DNA of 64,000 nucleotides, taken from Pseudomonadota bacterium (GTDB lineage: Bacteria; Pseudomonadota; Alphaproteobacteria; Rhodobacterales; Rhodobacteraceae). The DNA is taken from the NCBI GenBank assembly GCA_020161655.1, contig JAIUPC010000023.1:16231-80230 (forward strand), in the 5' to 3' direction. Both the position numbers and the translations under genes were made by a program. Positions within the stretch are counted from its first letter, which is position 1. Each line of letters opens with the position of its first letter. Of this stretch, positions 1-8,945 are shown piece after piece. The notes below the pieces were generated by a model. The model did no database searches, was not told the DNA's origin, and saw nothing but the letters and a program-made list of their open reading frames with translations.

Positions 1-1
1 A

Positions 2-370
2 ACCATCAAGAACGGCGATTCGACCACCGCCAATGTCGAGAAATGGGACCCGAAGACCTGGCCGAAGGAAGCCAAGGGCGTCGGCGCCACCGAGGCGCCG
101 CGCGGTGCGCTGGGTCACTGGATCAAGATCAAGGACGGTCGGATCGAGAACTACCAATGCGTCGTGCCGACCACGTGGAACGGCTCGCCCCGCGACGTGG
201 CCGGCAATATCGGCGCCTTCGAGGCGAGCCTGATGGACACCAAGATGGAACGCCCGGAAGAGCCGGTCGAAATCCTGCGGACGCTGCATTCCTTCGATCC
301 GTGCCTCGCCTGTTCGACCCATGTGATGTCCCCTGACGGCCACGAAATGGCCAATGTCAAAGTCCGCTGA
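2..370 (+). CDS. hupL: [NiFe] uptake hydrogenase large subunit, C-terminal fragment (5' end outside window)
   Basis: Frame is open from the window edge. Translation reads ...[35 protein letters not shown]...[26 protein letters not shown]. It has the C-terminal DPCxxCxxH Ni-Fe ligand motif plus a 15-aa tail of the kind removed by the HupD protease. Confidence 0.93.
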   Translation, partial: TIKNGDSTTANVEKWDPKTWPKEAKGVGATEAPRGALGHWIKIKDGRIENYQCVVPTTWNGSPRDVAGNIGAFEASLMDTKMERPEEPVEILRTLHSFDPCLACSTHVMSPDGHEMANVKVR

Positions 371-384
371 GGGAGGGAAGGAAG

Positions 385-963
385 ATGAAGAAACTAGCAG
401 TTGCGGGCGTGGCGGCGCTGATGGCGACGCCGGCGCTGGCCCATACCGGGGATTTCGTCAGTGGCTTCCTGCCGGGTCTGGAACACCCGGTCGGCGGGCT
501 TGATCACGTCCTTGCCATGGTCGCGGTCGGGCTCTGGTCGGGCTTCGTCCTGCCCGGACGGGTCTGGGCGGGGGCGGCGACCTTCATGGGCGCGATGGTG
601 GCCGGCGCGGGCCTCAGCTGGGCCGGGATGCCACTGCCGATGGTTGAGGTCTGGATCACCCTGTCGGTCGTGGCCTTCGGGCTTCTGACCCTCCTGTCGC
701 GGCGCAGGCAATCCCTGGCGATGACCGGCTTGTCACTGGCGGCGATCGGTCTTTTCGCCGTCAGCCACGGCCATGCCCATGCGAGCGAGGCCACGGGCGG
801 CGCTGCGGCCTATATGGCGGGCTTCCTGATCTCGACCGGCCTTCTGCACCTGTGCGGCATCGGTCTGGCGCGGATGGCGGCGGACGGAGCCGTCGCGCGG
901 GTGGCGCAGCGCATTGCCGGGGCGGCCGTCGCCTTCGGCGGCCTCTGGCTTCTCGTGGGATGA
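385..963 (+). CDS. hupE: HupE/UreJ-family nickel permease (hydrogenase accessory membrane protein)
   Basis: 192-aa ORF with signal-like N-terminus MKKLAVAGVAALMATPALAHTG and a hydrophobic multi-TM body. Carries the HPVGGLDHVLAMV motif typical of HupE/UreJ. Lies between hupL and hupC. Confidence 0.85.
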   Translation: MKKLAVAGVAALMATPALAHTGDFVSGFLPGLEHPVGGLDHVLAMVAVGLWSGFVLPGRVWAGAATFMGAMVAGAGLSWAGMPLPMVEVWITLSVVAFGLLTLLSRRRQSLAMTGLSLAAIGLFAVSHGHAHASEATGGAAAYMAGFLISTGLLHLCGIGLARMAADGAVARVAQRIAGAAVAFGGLWLLVG

Positions 964-975
964 GGGGGCCATGTC

Positions 976-1725
976 ATGACGAACGTCACAACTGAGGCCC
1001 CGACATTGCGGGGCGTCCAGGCCGACCCTGAGGACCTTTCCAGCGCCAGCCGCCAGACCTCGGTCTATGTCTATGAGGCGCCGGTCAGGATCTGGCACTG
1101 GATCAACGCCGCCGCGATCCTCACGCTGATGGTCACCGGCTACTTCATCGGCTCGCCCCTGCCGACCATGGGAACGGGCGAGGCCTATGACCAGTTCGTC
1201 TTCGGCTACATCCGCTTTGTCCACTTCGCCGCCGGCATGATCCTGACGGTCGGCTTCTTCGGCCGCATCTACTGGGCCTTTGTCGGCAATCACCACTCCC
1301 GGCAATTGTTCTACTTCCCGTTCTGGAGCGGGGAATACTGGCGCGAGGTGCTTTACGAGGTGCGCTGGTACCTCTTCCTGGCGAAGGAGCCGAAGAAATA
1401 CGTGGGCCACAACCCGCTGGCCCAGCTTGCCATGTTCTTCTTCATCACCCTCGGCGTCAGCTTCATGATCATCACCGGCATGGCGCTTTATGCCGAAGGC
1501 GCGGGGCAAGGCTCGATCTTCGACACGCTCTTCGGCTGGGTGCTGGGGCTGGTGCAGAACAGCCAGCGGCTGCACACGCTGCATCACCTCGGCATGTGGT
1601 GGATCGTCGTCTTCATGGTCGTTCATATCTATGTCGCCGTGCGCGAGGACATCATGAGCCGCCAATCCATCGTCTCGACGATGATCTCGGGCCACCGGAC
1701 GTTCAAGGACGACCGGCCCGACTGA
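976..1725 (+). CDS. hupC: Ni/Fe-hydrogenase b-type cytochrome subunit
   Basis: 249 aa with four hydrophobic helices carrying conserved His (WHWINA..., HFAAGM..., HHLGMWW...). HyaC/HupC-like and directly downstream of the structural genes. Confidence 0.88.
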   Translation: MTNVTTEAPTLRGVQADPEDLSSASRQTSVYVYEAPVRIWHWINAAAILTLMVTGYFIGSPLPTMGTGEAYDQFVFGYIRFVHFAAGMILTVGFFGRIYWAFVGNHHSRQLFYFPFWSGEYWREVLYEVRWYLFLAKEPKKYVGHNPLAQLAMFFFITLGVSFMIITGMALYAEGAGQGSIFDTLFGWVLGLVQNSQRLHTLHHLGMWWIVVFMVVHIYVAVREDIMSRQSIVSTMISGHRTFKDDRPD

Positions 1726-1750
1726 GCGGGGCGCGAGTCGGATGCAGGAG

Positions 1751-1780
1751 AGGGCGGGCCAATGGCCCGCCCTTCTTCAT
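1751..1780 (+). terminator. Rho-independent terminator after hupC
   Basis: 9-bp GC stem GGGCGGGCC-aat-GGCCCGCCC (1752-1772), extendable by an A-T pair, followed by TTCTTCATT. Starts 26 nt after the hupC stop. Confidence 0.6.
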
Positions 1781-2003
1781 TGGCAGTACGCCTTTTACTT
1801 TTACCATCTAGTGATAACCAACTTTCCATTCTGCGCGACCCGGCGAAGCTCCGAATGAGTTTTTATATTTACTTATCAATAGACTACATCAGCATCGCCA
1901 GATTTAACAATTTGTTGCCCGCCGCCGCCTGCAAAGGATACTTTCAGAGATGACCAAGGGCGAAAGCCCGCCATCCAGCATCTGGGCAGGGGAGGCCCTT
2001 TTG

Positions 2004-2645
2004 ATGGACCACCAGAATGTCATGTCGCCCGACGGGCAACCGCAATCCATCCTGATCCTTGGCATCGGCAATGTCCTTTGGGCAGACGAAGGTTTTGGCG
2101 TCCGCTGTGTCGAGCGTCTGGCCGAACGCTTCAGCTTTCCGCCGACCGTCCGGGTTCTCGATGGCGGCACTCAGGGCCTCTACCTCTTGCCGTTTCTTGA
2201 GGAGGCCGATGCGCTCATCGTTTTCGACGCGGTGGATTACGGCCTCACGCCCGGCACCATGAAGATCGTCGAGGGCGACGAGGTGCCGGCCTTCATGGGC
2301 GCCAAGAAGATGAGCCTGCATCAGACCGGCTTTCAGGACGTGATCGCCACCGCGCGGCTGATGGGCTACTGCCCCGGGCGCCTCCTCCTCATCGGTTGCC
2401 AGCCCAAGGAGCTTGAGGATTTCGGCGGCGGCCTTCGTGCCGTGACTGCCGCACAGATCGACCCGGCGATTGCGGTGGCTCTCGACCAGCTCTCACGTTG
2501 GGGTGTTGCGGTCGAGACGGGCCGCGCCGATGACAGCCTTCTTGCCGATCCCGCGATCCGCCGAGATGCCTATGAGGCGGGGCGGCCTTCCGAGGATCAG
2601 GCCTGCCGCACCGGCGATAAGCGTTTCTTCCCGGAGCAGGCCTGA
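2004..2645 (+). CDS. hupD: Hydrogenase maturation endopeptidase (HyaD/HupD family)
   Basis: ILILGIGNVLWADEGFG motif and overall HupD-like sequence. The ORF opens at 1950, but ATG 2004 has GGAGG about 8 nt upstream, so the start is uncertain. Confidence 0.85.
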   Translation: MDHQNVMSPDGQPQSILILGIGNVLWADEGFGVRCVERLAERFSFPPTVRVLDGGTQGLYLLPFLEEADALIVFDAVDYGLTPGTMKIVEGDEVPAFMGAKKMSLHQTGFQDVIATARLMGYCPGRLLLIGCQPKELEDFGGGLRAVTAAQIDPAIAVALDQLSRWGVAVETGRADDSLLADPAIRRDAYEAGRPSEDQACRTGDKRFFPEQA

Positions 2646-2965
2646 TGTGCGTCGGCATCCCCATGCGCATCCTGTCGGTCGACGGCATCGCCGCCACGGC
2701 GACGGACGGGCACGATGTCAGCCGGATCGACCTCAGCCTTGTCGGCGACGTGCCGGTTGGCGCCTGGGTGCTGACCTTCCTCGGCACCGCGCATGAGGTG
2801 ATCGACGAGGCGCAGGCGGCGCTGATTTCGGCCGCGCTCGACGGGCTCCGCCGCATCATGGCGGGCGGGGAGGCCGGCGACGCCTTCGCCGATCTCGACG
2901 CCCGCACCCCCGAACTACCGCCGCATCTTCAGGCCGCGCTCGATGCCGGCCACAGCCAGGGATAG
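2645..2965 (+). CDS. hupF: HypC/HupF-family hydrogenase assembly chaperone
   Basis: 106 aa with the N-terminal MCVGIP signature. ATGA-type overlap with the hupD stop. Confidence 0.87.
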   Translation: MCVGIPMRILSVDGIAATATDGHDVSRIDLSLVGDVPVGAWVLTFLGTAHEVIDEAQAALISAALDGLRRIMAGGEAGDAFADLDARTPELPPHLQAALDAGHSQG

Positions 2966-2969
2966 ACCC

Positions 2970-3398
2970 ATGCATGACCATGCCCATCACGATGATGACG
3001 ACCACGGCAGCGGCGGCGCCTTCGACCATCCGCTGATCCGGCGGCTGGAAGCCGAGATGGGCTGGCCGCGTCTTTCCAACATGTCCGACCTTGCGGAATA
3101 CCTCGGCCGGCCCGGCGTCCATTGCCTTTTCGTGCCGGGAGACCCGGTGCGCAACCTGGAGACCGCCGACGCGGCGGTGATCCTGCCCGAGCTTCACATG
3201 ACCTTCCAGCGCGCCTTCGACTGCGCGTTGGTGGATGACGCGATCGAGGCGAAGGTGCGGGAAGGCAACGGTGTTCTCAAGACGCCCTCGTTCATCTTCT
3301 TCCGCGACGGCCAGATGATCGGCGCGATCCCCAAGGTCCGCGACTGGGACGATTACCTGATCCGCATCCAGCAGATACTGGCCAAAAAGGCGGCCTGA
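2970..3398 (+). CDS. hupG: HyaE/HupG-like hydrogenase expression protein
   Basis: Call rests on position between hupF and hupH and on size. The ORF opens at 2943; ATG 2970 avoids overlap with hupF. N-terminus MHDHAHHDDDDHGSGG is His/Asp-rich. Confidence 0.65.
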   Translation: MHDHAHHDDDDHGSGGAFDHPLIRRLEAEMGWPRLSNMSDLAEYLGRPGVHCLFVPGDPVRNLETADAAVILPELHMTFQRAFDCALVDDAIEAKVREGNGVLKTPSFIFFRDGQMIGAIPKVRDWDDYLIRIQQILAKKAA

Positions 3399-3408
3399 GG
3401 AGGAAACC

Positions 3409-4248
3409 ATGGTCCAGAACTTTCACATGCCGCCGACGGGTTTCGGCCCCGGATCGCAGCCCGCCGCCGAGGATGGGGTCGAACTCGAATACATGCCGCT
3501 GCCCTCCGGCATGCGGACCTACAGCCCGCGCCTGCCCGACCTCGGCGACCGCACCGTCGCGGCTGAGGCGCTCGCGCTCATGGGGCGCGTCGCCGATGCC
3601 GCCGGACGGGTGGCCGAAGGCGGTGCTTCGGAAAGCTTCGATCTGACCGCGCTCGACCCCGCCAACCTCGCGCTGATCGCCGAGACGCTGGGGCAGGGCG
3701 AGGTCAGCCTGAAGATCCGCGGCAAGCCGTCCGTCGCGGCGCAGGAAAGCGTCTTTGCCGGGGTCTGGGTCCTGACCGGCATGGGCGTGAACCGGATCGA
3801 GGTGGCGCCGGCCCCGGCCCTTGCCGGAACCCGCGCCTTCCTGCCGGACCGCCCGGCGATCGGCGTCCTCGCCGGCCGCAAGCCCGGCGTCGTCAACGCC
3901 CCGGCGATCTTTGCCGAACTGATCGACAAGTCGCTGGTCTTCGCCGAAGGGGCGCCGCCCCATGTCGTCAACCTCACCCTCCTGCCACATACCGAGGAAG
4001 ACCTTAGCTGGCTCGACGAGGCGCTTGGGCAAGGGTCGGTGACGATCCTGTCGCGCGGCTATGGCAATTGCCGGGTGACGGCGACGGCGCAGGCCCATGT
4101 CTGGCGGGTGCAGTTTTACAACTCCATGGATACGCTGATCCTCGACACGTTCGAGGTGACGGCCATGCCCGAGGTTGCCCTTGCCGCGCCCGAGGATCTG
4201 GCCGACAGCGCGCGCCGCATCCGCGAAGTGCTGGAGGCGATCAGATGA
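3409..4248 (+). CDS. hupH: HyaF/HupH-like hydrogenase expression/formation protein
   Basis: 279-aa ORF. Call rests on conserved hup gene order and size; no diagnostic short motif was read. Confidence 0.7.
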   Translation: MVQNFHMPPTGFGPGSQPAAEDGVELEYMPLPSGMRTYSPRLPDLGDRTVAAEALALMGRVADAAGRVAEGGASESFDLTALDPANLALIAETLGQGEVSLKIRGKPSVAAQESVFAGVWVLTGMGVNRIEVAPAPALAGTRAFLPDRPAIGVLAGRKPGVVNAPAIFAELIDKSLVFAEGAPPHVVNLTLLPHTEEDLSWLDEALGQGSVTILSRGYGNCRVTATAQAHVWRVQFYNSMDTLILDTFEVTAMPEVALAAPEDLADSARRIREVLEAIR

Positions 4249-5060
4249 GCATGGACAGCCCGCGCTTCGAAGGGTCCTACATGGGGGCGGCGGCGAAGAT
4301 CTCGCCCGCGGCGATCATGGAGTGCAAGATCTGCTGGTCGGTCTATGACCCGGCCACCGGCGACGACTACCGGCAGGTGCCGCCCGGCACCGCCTTCCTG
4401 AACCTGCCCGAGGACTGGTCCTGCCCCGATTGCGGCGCGCCGAAGGAACAGTTCATGGTGCAAAGCGATCCCGGCAGCGATGAGGCGCGCGTGGCCGAGG
4501 ATATCGCTCAGCGGGCGAAGCTTCTGGTGCAGGATTTCACCGAGGTCTACCACGCCAAGATGCGCGACGTGCCGATCATCAACCACGCGCTTCATGTCGA
4601 GGCGATTGGGTTCCGCGCGCATGAGGGCGGGCGGCTTCTGGGCGTTCTGGTGGCACCCTGGTTCATGAACCTCGTCCTCTTGCCGGCACCGGGCGAAGAT
4701 TGGTCCGACCTTCGGCCCGGGGCCAAGGAAGTGATCGGCTTCCCCTCGGGCGACTATGAATTCATCCACAATATCAGGGAGATGACCGGCGGCTACAAGG
4801 CCTGTTCGCTCTTCTCTCCGATGGAGGATTTCACCAGCCAGATGAACGCGGTCGATGTCGCCCGCGAGGTGATGGCAGCGCTTTTCGATGGCGAGAACCG
4901 CGAAGAAACCGACCGCGCCGCCGAGATCCGCGCGGCGCGGGAGGTGGAGCTTCTGCCGCCCGAATCGGAAGCGGAGCCTGAGGTGCCGCGCCTCATTCCT
5001 GTGGCCGCAAGCCGCCGCGCGGTTATCACCGGCGGTTTGTCGACGGGGGCGGAGGAGTAG
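4245..5060 (+). CDS. hupJ: Rubredoxin-domain fused to HupJ-like hydrogenase accessory protein
   Basis: Start ATG 4245 overlaps the hupH stop (ATGA). N-terminal rubredoxin motifs are CKICWSVYDP ... WSCPDCGAPK. The remainder is HupJ/HyaF-C-like. The ORF track extends upstream to 4068 inside hupH, which I rejected. Confidence 0.8.
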   Translation: MSMDSPRFEGSYMGAAAKISPAAIMECKICWSVYDPATGDDYRQVPPGTAFLNLPEDWSCPDCGAPKEQFMVQSDPGSDEARVAEDIAQRAKLLVQDFTEVYHAKMRDVPIINHALHVEAIGFRAHEGGRLLGVLVAPWFMNLVLLPAPGEDWSDLRPGAKEVIGFPSGDYEFIHNIREMTGGYKACSLFSPMEDFTSQMNAVDVAREVMAALFDGENREETDRAAEIRAAREVELLPPESEAEPEVPRLIPVAASRRAVITGGLSTGAEE

Positions 5061-5062
5061 CG

Positions 5063-5965
5063 ATGCAGGCCCGGCTGGCGATCACCCTGGCGGAAAAGGA
5101 CGGGCGTCTGGCGCCCGGCCTGACGGCGCCCGGATCGCTCGGGGCCGAGGCGCTGCTTCTTGGCCGGACGCCCGAGGCGGCGGTCGAGATGCTGGGGCGG
5201 CTCTTCAACCTTTGCCGCCATGCGCAGGAAGCGGCGGCGCGGGCGGCCTTCGGCCTGCCGGCGGTGTCGGATGACGGCATAAGGGCCGAGATCCTGCGCG
5301 ACACGCTCTTTCGCCTTTTCGTTGGTCTGCCGCGTGCGATGGGCCGCGCACCGATGCCGCTGCCGGCGGGCTGGCAGGGAAATCCGGCTTCGGTGGCACA
5401 GGCGCTTTTCGGCGCTTCGGGACGGTTTCCGCGCCGCTGGGATGAGTTTCAGGACTGGCTCGCCGGAGATGCCGGGCTTGCGCCGCTCGTGCGGGAACTA
5501 GCCGGCATGTTCGCCCCCGGCGAAGCGGCAAGCCGTGTCCTCGCCTTCGCGCCCCTCGGCCCCGGTCCTTGCGAGAATTCCGCCGCGATCCGCCATGCCG
5601 GGCGCCGGGTGATGGAACGGATCGAGCGAGAACATGGCCGGGGGCCGCTCTGGCGCACCGTCGCGCGGTTTCTCGATCTGGAGGTCTGCCTTGGCGGCTG
5701 GCAGCCCGTGGCCCAGTTGATCGAACCCGGAGAGGCCGAGGCGCCTTCGGCGCGCGGGATCTACCGGATCAGCGTCCGCGTCACCGATGGCCGCGTCACC
5801 GCCGTCCGCCGTCGGACGCCGACGGATGACTACTGCGAACGGGACGGGGCGATGCTTTCGGCGCTTGCCGCGCTGCCCGTGTCCAAACGCCATCTTGCGC
5901 CGCTTGTCGTGGAGTGCTTCGATCCCTGCCTGCCGTGGCATGTGCGGGAGATGGCCAATGCATGA
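5063..5965 (+). CDS. hupK: HupK-like hydrogenase assembly scaffold (large-subunit-related)
   Basis: 300 aa ending in [17 protein letters not shown], a degenerate version of the large-subunit DPCxxCxxH motif. Lies between hupJ and hypA. Confidence 0.75.
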   Translation: MQARLAITLAEKDGRLAPGLTAPGSLGAEALLLGRTPEAAVEMLGRLFNLCRHAQEAAARAAFGLPAVSDDGIRAEILRDTLFRLFVGLPRAMGRAPMPLPAGWQGNPASVAQALFGASGRFPRRWDEFQDWLAGDAGLAPLVRELAGMFAPGEAASRVLAFAPLGPGPCENSAAIRHAGRRVMERIEREHGRGPLWRTVARFLDLEVCLGGWQPVAQLIEPGEAEAPSARGIYRISVRVTDGRVTAVRRRTPTDDYCERDGAMLSALAALPVSKRHLAPLVVECFDPCLPWHVREMANA

Positions 5966-6299
5966 AATGTCGCTGGCCGAAGGCATCCGGGGGATTGTCG
6001 AGGATCAGGCGAGGCAGCGCGGCTTTGGCCGGGTGACGCGGATGCGGGTCGAGATCGGGCGTTTTGCCGGCGTCCAGAAGGAGGCGCTGGCTTTCGCCTT
6101 CGACGTGGTGATGCGCGGATCGCCCGCCGAGGGCGCGGCGCTGGAGATGATCGACCTGCCGGGGCGCGCGCTCTGCTTTGACTGCGCGCATGAGGTGGAA
6201 ATCGCCGACCGGCTGGACCCATGCCCGGATTGCGGCGGCGGAAAGCTCTTGCCGCAGGGCGGCGACGAAATGCGGATCAAGGATATGGAGGTCATCTGA
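5958..6299 (+). CDS. hypA: Hydrogenase nickel incorporation protein HypA
   Basis: [11 protein letters not shown]-terminus and zinc site CFDC...CPDCGG. Overlaps the hupK stop by 8 nt. The track ORF start at 5787 is rejected. Confidence 0.9.
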   Translation: MHEMSLAEGIRGIVEDQARQRGFGRVTRMRVEIGRFAGVQKEALAFAFDVVMRGSPAEGAALEMIDLPGRALCFDCAHEVEIADRLDPCPDCGGGKLLPQGGDEMRIKDMEVI

Positions 6300-7162
6300 T
6301 GTGCACGGTGTGCGGATGCGGGGGTGCGTCGTTCGAGGGGCATCGCCATGTACCTGAGAAAAAGCTGCCCTTCGGCCATGTCGATGCGCAGGGCCATGAC
6401 CATCATCACCACAACCACCAACACGGCGCGCATGGCGACATCCATTTCGGCCAGGGCCCGGCGGGGACCGAGGTTCCCGGCATGAGCCAGGCCCGGCTGA
6501 TCGAGATCGAAACCTCGATCCTGTCGAAGAATGATGGCTATGCGGCAGAGAACCGGCAGGTGCTTGAGGCGATCGGCGCCTTCGCCGTCAACCTCGTCTC
6601 CTCGCCCGGGTCGGGCAAGACCACGCTTCTTTGCGCCACCATCGCCGCCCTGAAGGGCACGCCCCTCGCGGTGATCGAGGGCGACCAGCAGACATCGAAC
6701 GACGCCGACCGCATCCGCGCCACCGGGGCGCGGGCCATCCAGGTCAACACCGGCAAGGGCTGCCACCTCGATGCGCATATGGTCGGCCATGCGATGGATC
6801 ACCTGCACCCGGCGCTTCACAGCCTTCTCTTCATCGAGAATGTTGGCAATCTCGTCTGCCCCGCCGCCTTCGATCTGGGCGAGGATGCCAAGGTGGCGAT
6901 CCTTTCGGTGACGGAGGGCGAGGACAAGCCCTTGAAATACCCTGACATGTTCACCGCCGCCCGGCTTGCCATCCTGAACAAGGTGGACCTCGCGCCGCAT
7001 TGCGACGCCGATCTGGATGCCTATGAGGCGAACCTGCGCCGGGTGAACCCGAAGATCGAAATTCTGCGCCTGTCGGCCAAGACCGGCGAGGGGATGGCGG
7101 CCTGGACAGAATGGCTGAAGGCCGGACTTCAAGCCAAGTCCCGGAGGGAGGCCGCCGAGTGA
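6299..7162 (+). CDS. hypB: Hydrogenase nickel-binding GTPase HypB
   Basis: N-terminal MCTVCGCGG (CxxCGC Ni site), His-rich stretch [16 protein letters not shown], and P-loop [16 protein letters not shown] overlap with hypA. Confidence 0.94.
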   Translation: MCTVCGCGGASFEGHRHVPEKKLPFGHVDAQGHDHHHHNHQHGAHGDIHFGQGPAGTEVPGMSQARLIEIETSILSKNDGYAAENRQVLEAIGAFAVNLVSSPGSGKTTLLCATIAALKGTPLAVIEGDQQTSNDADRIRATGARAIQVNTGKGCHLDAHMVGHAMDHLHPALHSLLFIENVGNLVCPAAFDLGEDAKVAILSVTEGEDKPLKYPDMFTAARLAILNKVDLAPHCDADLDAYEANLRRVNPKIEILRLSAKTGEGMAAWTEWLKAGLQAKSRREAAE

Positions 7163-8652
7163 TGGCACGCCCCGCCCGCCCCACAATCCTTCTGGTCGAT
7201 GATGAGCCGCACTCGCTTGCCGCGATGAAGATGGCGCTTGAGGATGAGTTCGACATCCTCACCGCCGCCGACGCCGCCGCAGCGACCATGGTGCTTGAGG
7301 AGCAATGGGTTCAGGCGATCTTCTGCGACCAGCGGATGCCGGGGCAAAGCGGCGTCGCCTTCCTGACCGATGTGCGCGAACGCTGGCCGGAATGCGTGCG
7401 CATCATCATCACCGGCTATACCGATACCGCCGACATCGTCGCCGCGATCAATGACGCCGGCATCTACCAGTTCATCACCAAGCCCTGGCACCCCGACCAG
7501 CTTCTGATCGCTGCACGGAATGCGACGACGCTGTTCCAGCTGATGCGGGAACATGAACGGCTGAGCCTTGAGATGCGGCTTCTGGGCTCCACCGCGGAGT
7601 CGAAGCTGGAAACCCGGCGGCAGGTTCTTCGCGCCGGCCACGGGTTCGAAACGATCCTCCGCGCGCCGAACTCGCCGATGAACGCGGTGATCGCCACTGC
7701 CCGACAGTACGCAAGCTTCGACGTGCCGGCCCTTCTGACCGGAGAGCCGGGGACGGGCAAGGCCGCGATGGCGCGGGCGATGCATTACATCTCGCTTCGC
7801 TCTGACAAGCCCTTCTATGAGCTGAACTGTTCCGGCCTGACCGATGAGCTGATCGAGCTTGAGCTTTTCGGCGCAAGGCGCGGGGCGGTTGCGGCGCTGA
7901 ACGGATCAAAGATCGGGCTGGCGCAGAAGGCCGACCGGGGGACGTTGTTCCTCAACGGCGTCGACAGCCTGTCGCCGCGCCTGCAACTGTCGCTTCTGCG
8001 ATTGGTCCGGGAAGGCGCCTTCCAGCAGATCGGCGCGATGGAGACGACATCCACCAATCTCAGGCTCATCACTGGCGCGCACCGCGACCTGAAGGCGCTG
8101 GTCGCCGATGGCGCCTTCCGTGCCGATCTTTACTACGCGCTGTCCTTGGGTGAGGTCGCGGTGCCGCCCCTGCGCGCAAGGCCCGGCGACGTGGCGCTTC
8201 TGGCGCAGCATTCACTTTTCGAGGCTGCGCGGGTCCATTCCAAGCAGGTTCACGGGCTTGACGAGGCGGCGCTGGAATTCCTTGAGAACTATGACTGGCC
8301 GGGAAACCTGCGCGAACTGGAAAACGAAGTCACGCGGATGCTGATCTTCGCCCAAGGCTCCGTCGTCGGGGCCGAGGTCATCTCGCGCCACATCCTGCAG
8401 GCCGCACCGAATGAGGCCGGGGCGGATCGCAGCGCCGATACTGCCCTGATGGCGGCGGGAAGCCTGAAGGATCGGGTCGAACTCGTCGAAATGCGCATCT
8501 TGCGCGAAACGCTGACGCGGCTGCGCTGGAACAAGAGCCATGCCGCCGCCGAGCTTGGCCTGAGCCGGGTCGGCCTTCGCGCGAAACTCGATCGCTATGG
8601 CATCAGCCAGCCGGGCCGGGTCACGGCCGATGAGGATGAAGAGGAGGACTGA
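7162..8652 (+). CDS. hupR: NtrC-family response regulator HupR (hydrogenase transcriptional activator)
   Basis: Receiver domain (ILLVDDEP...FCDQRMPG), AAA+ core with Walker A GEPGTGKA, and a C-terminal HTH ([16 protein letters not shown]). Sits between hypB and hypC as in Rhodobacter hup clusters. TGATG overlap with hypB. Confidence 0.87.
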   Translation: MARPARPTILLVDDEPHSLAAMKMALEDEFDILTAADAAAATMVLEEQWVQAIFCDQRMPGQSGVAFLTDVRERWPECVRIIITGYTDTADIVAAINDAGIYQFITKPWHPDQLLIAARNATTLFQLMREHERLSLEMRLLGSTAESKLETRRQVLRAGHGFETILRAPNSPMNAVIATARQYASFDVPALLTGEPGTGKAAMARAMHYISLRSDKPFYELNCSGLTDELIELELFGARRGAVAALNGSKIGLAQKADRGTLFLNGVDSLSPRLQLSLLRLVREGAFQQIGAMETTSTNLRLITGAHRDLKALVADGAFRADLYYALSLGEVAVPPLRARPGDVALLAQHSLFEAARVHSKQVHGLDEAALEFLENYDWPGNLRELENEVTRMLIFAQGSVVGAEVISRHILQAAPNEAGADRSADTALMAAGSLKDRVELVEMRILRETLTRLRWNKSHAAAELGLSRVGLRAKLDRYGISQPGRVTADEDEEED

Positions 8653-8654
8653 CA

Positions 8655-8945
8655 ATGTGTCTGGGTATTCCGGGGCGGATCGTCGCCATTACCGACGAGG
8701 CCCGCCTGATGGCGATGGCCGATGTGTCGGGGGTGAAACGCGAGGTGAACGTCGCCTGCATCGCCGACGGGCCGCTTGAGGCGCTCATCGGGCATTGGGC
8801 GCTGATCCATGTCGGCTTTGCCATGTCGGTGATCGACGAGGATGAGGCGGCAAAGACTCTGGAAGCGCTCCGCGATCTTGGCGAGGCGCAGGAAACGTTG
8901 CAGCAGATGGCAGAGGGCGCACGCGCACTGGAGGGCACGGCATGA
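8655..8945 (+). CDS. hypC: Hydrogenase assembly chaperone HypC
   Basis: 96 aa with the N-terminal MCLGIPGRIV signature. Confidence 0.92.
   Translation: MCLGIPGRIVAITDEARLMAMADVSGVKREVNVACIADGPLEALIGHWALIHVGFAMSVIDEDEAAKTLEALRDLGEAQETLQQMAEGARALEGTA

Noticed and set aside
733-1695. Long antisense ORFs opposite well-supported genes: 733-1695, 6005-7186, 9311-10750, 15150-16208, 17743-19008, 26352-27452, 46126-47853, 49234-50610, 60861-62243
   Set aside because: Each lies opposite a gene with clear family motifs and has Arg/Ala/Gly/Pro-rich composition with no recognisable domain. This is the expected by-product of roughly two-thirds GC content suppressing stop codons.
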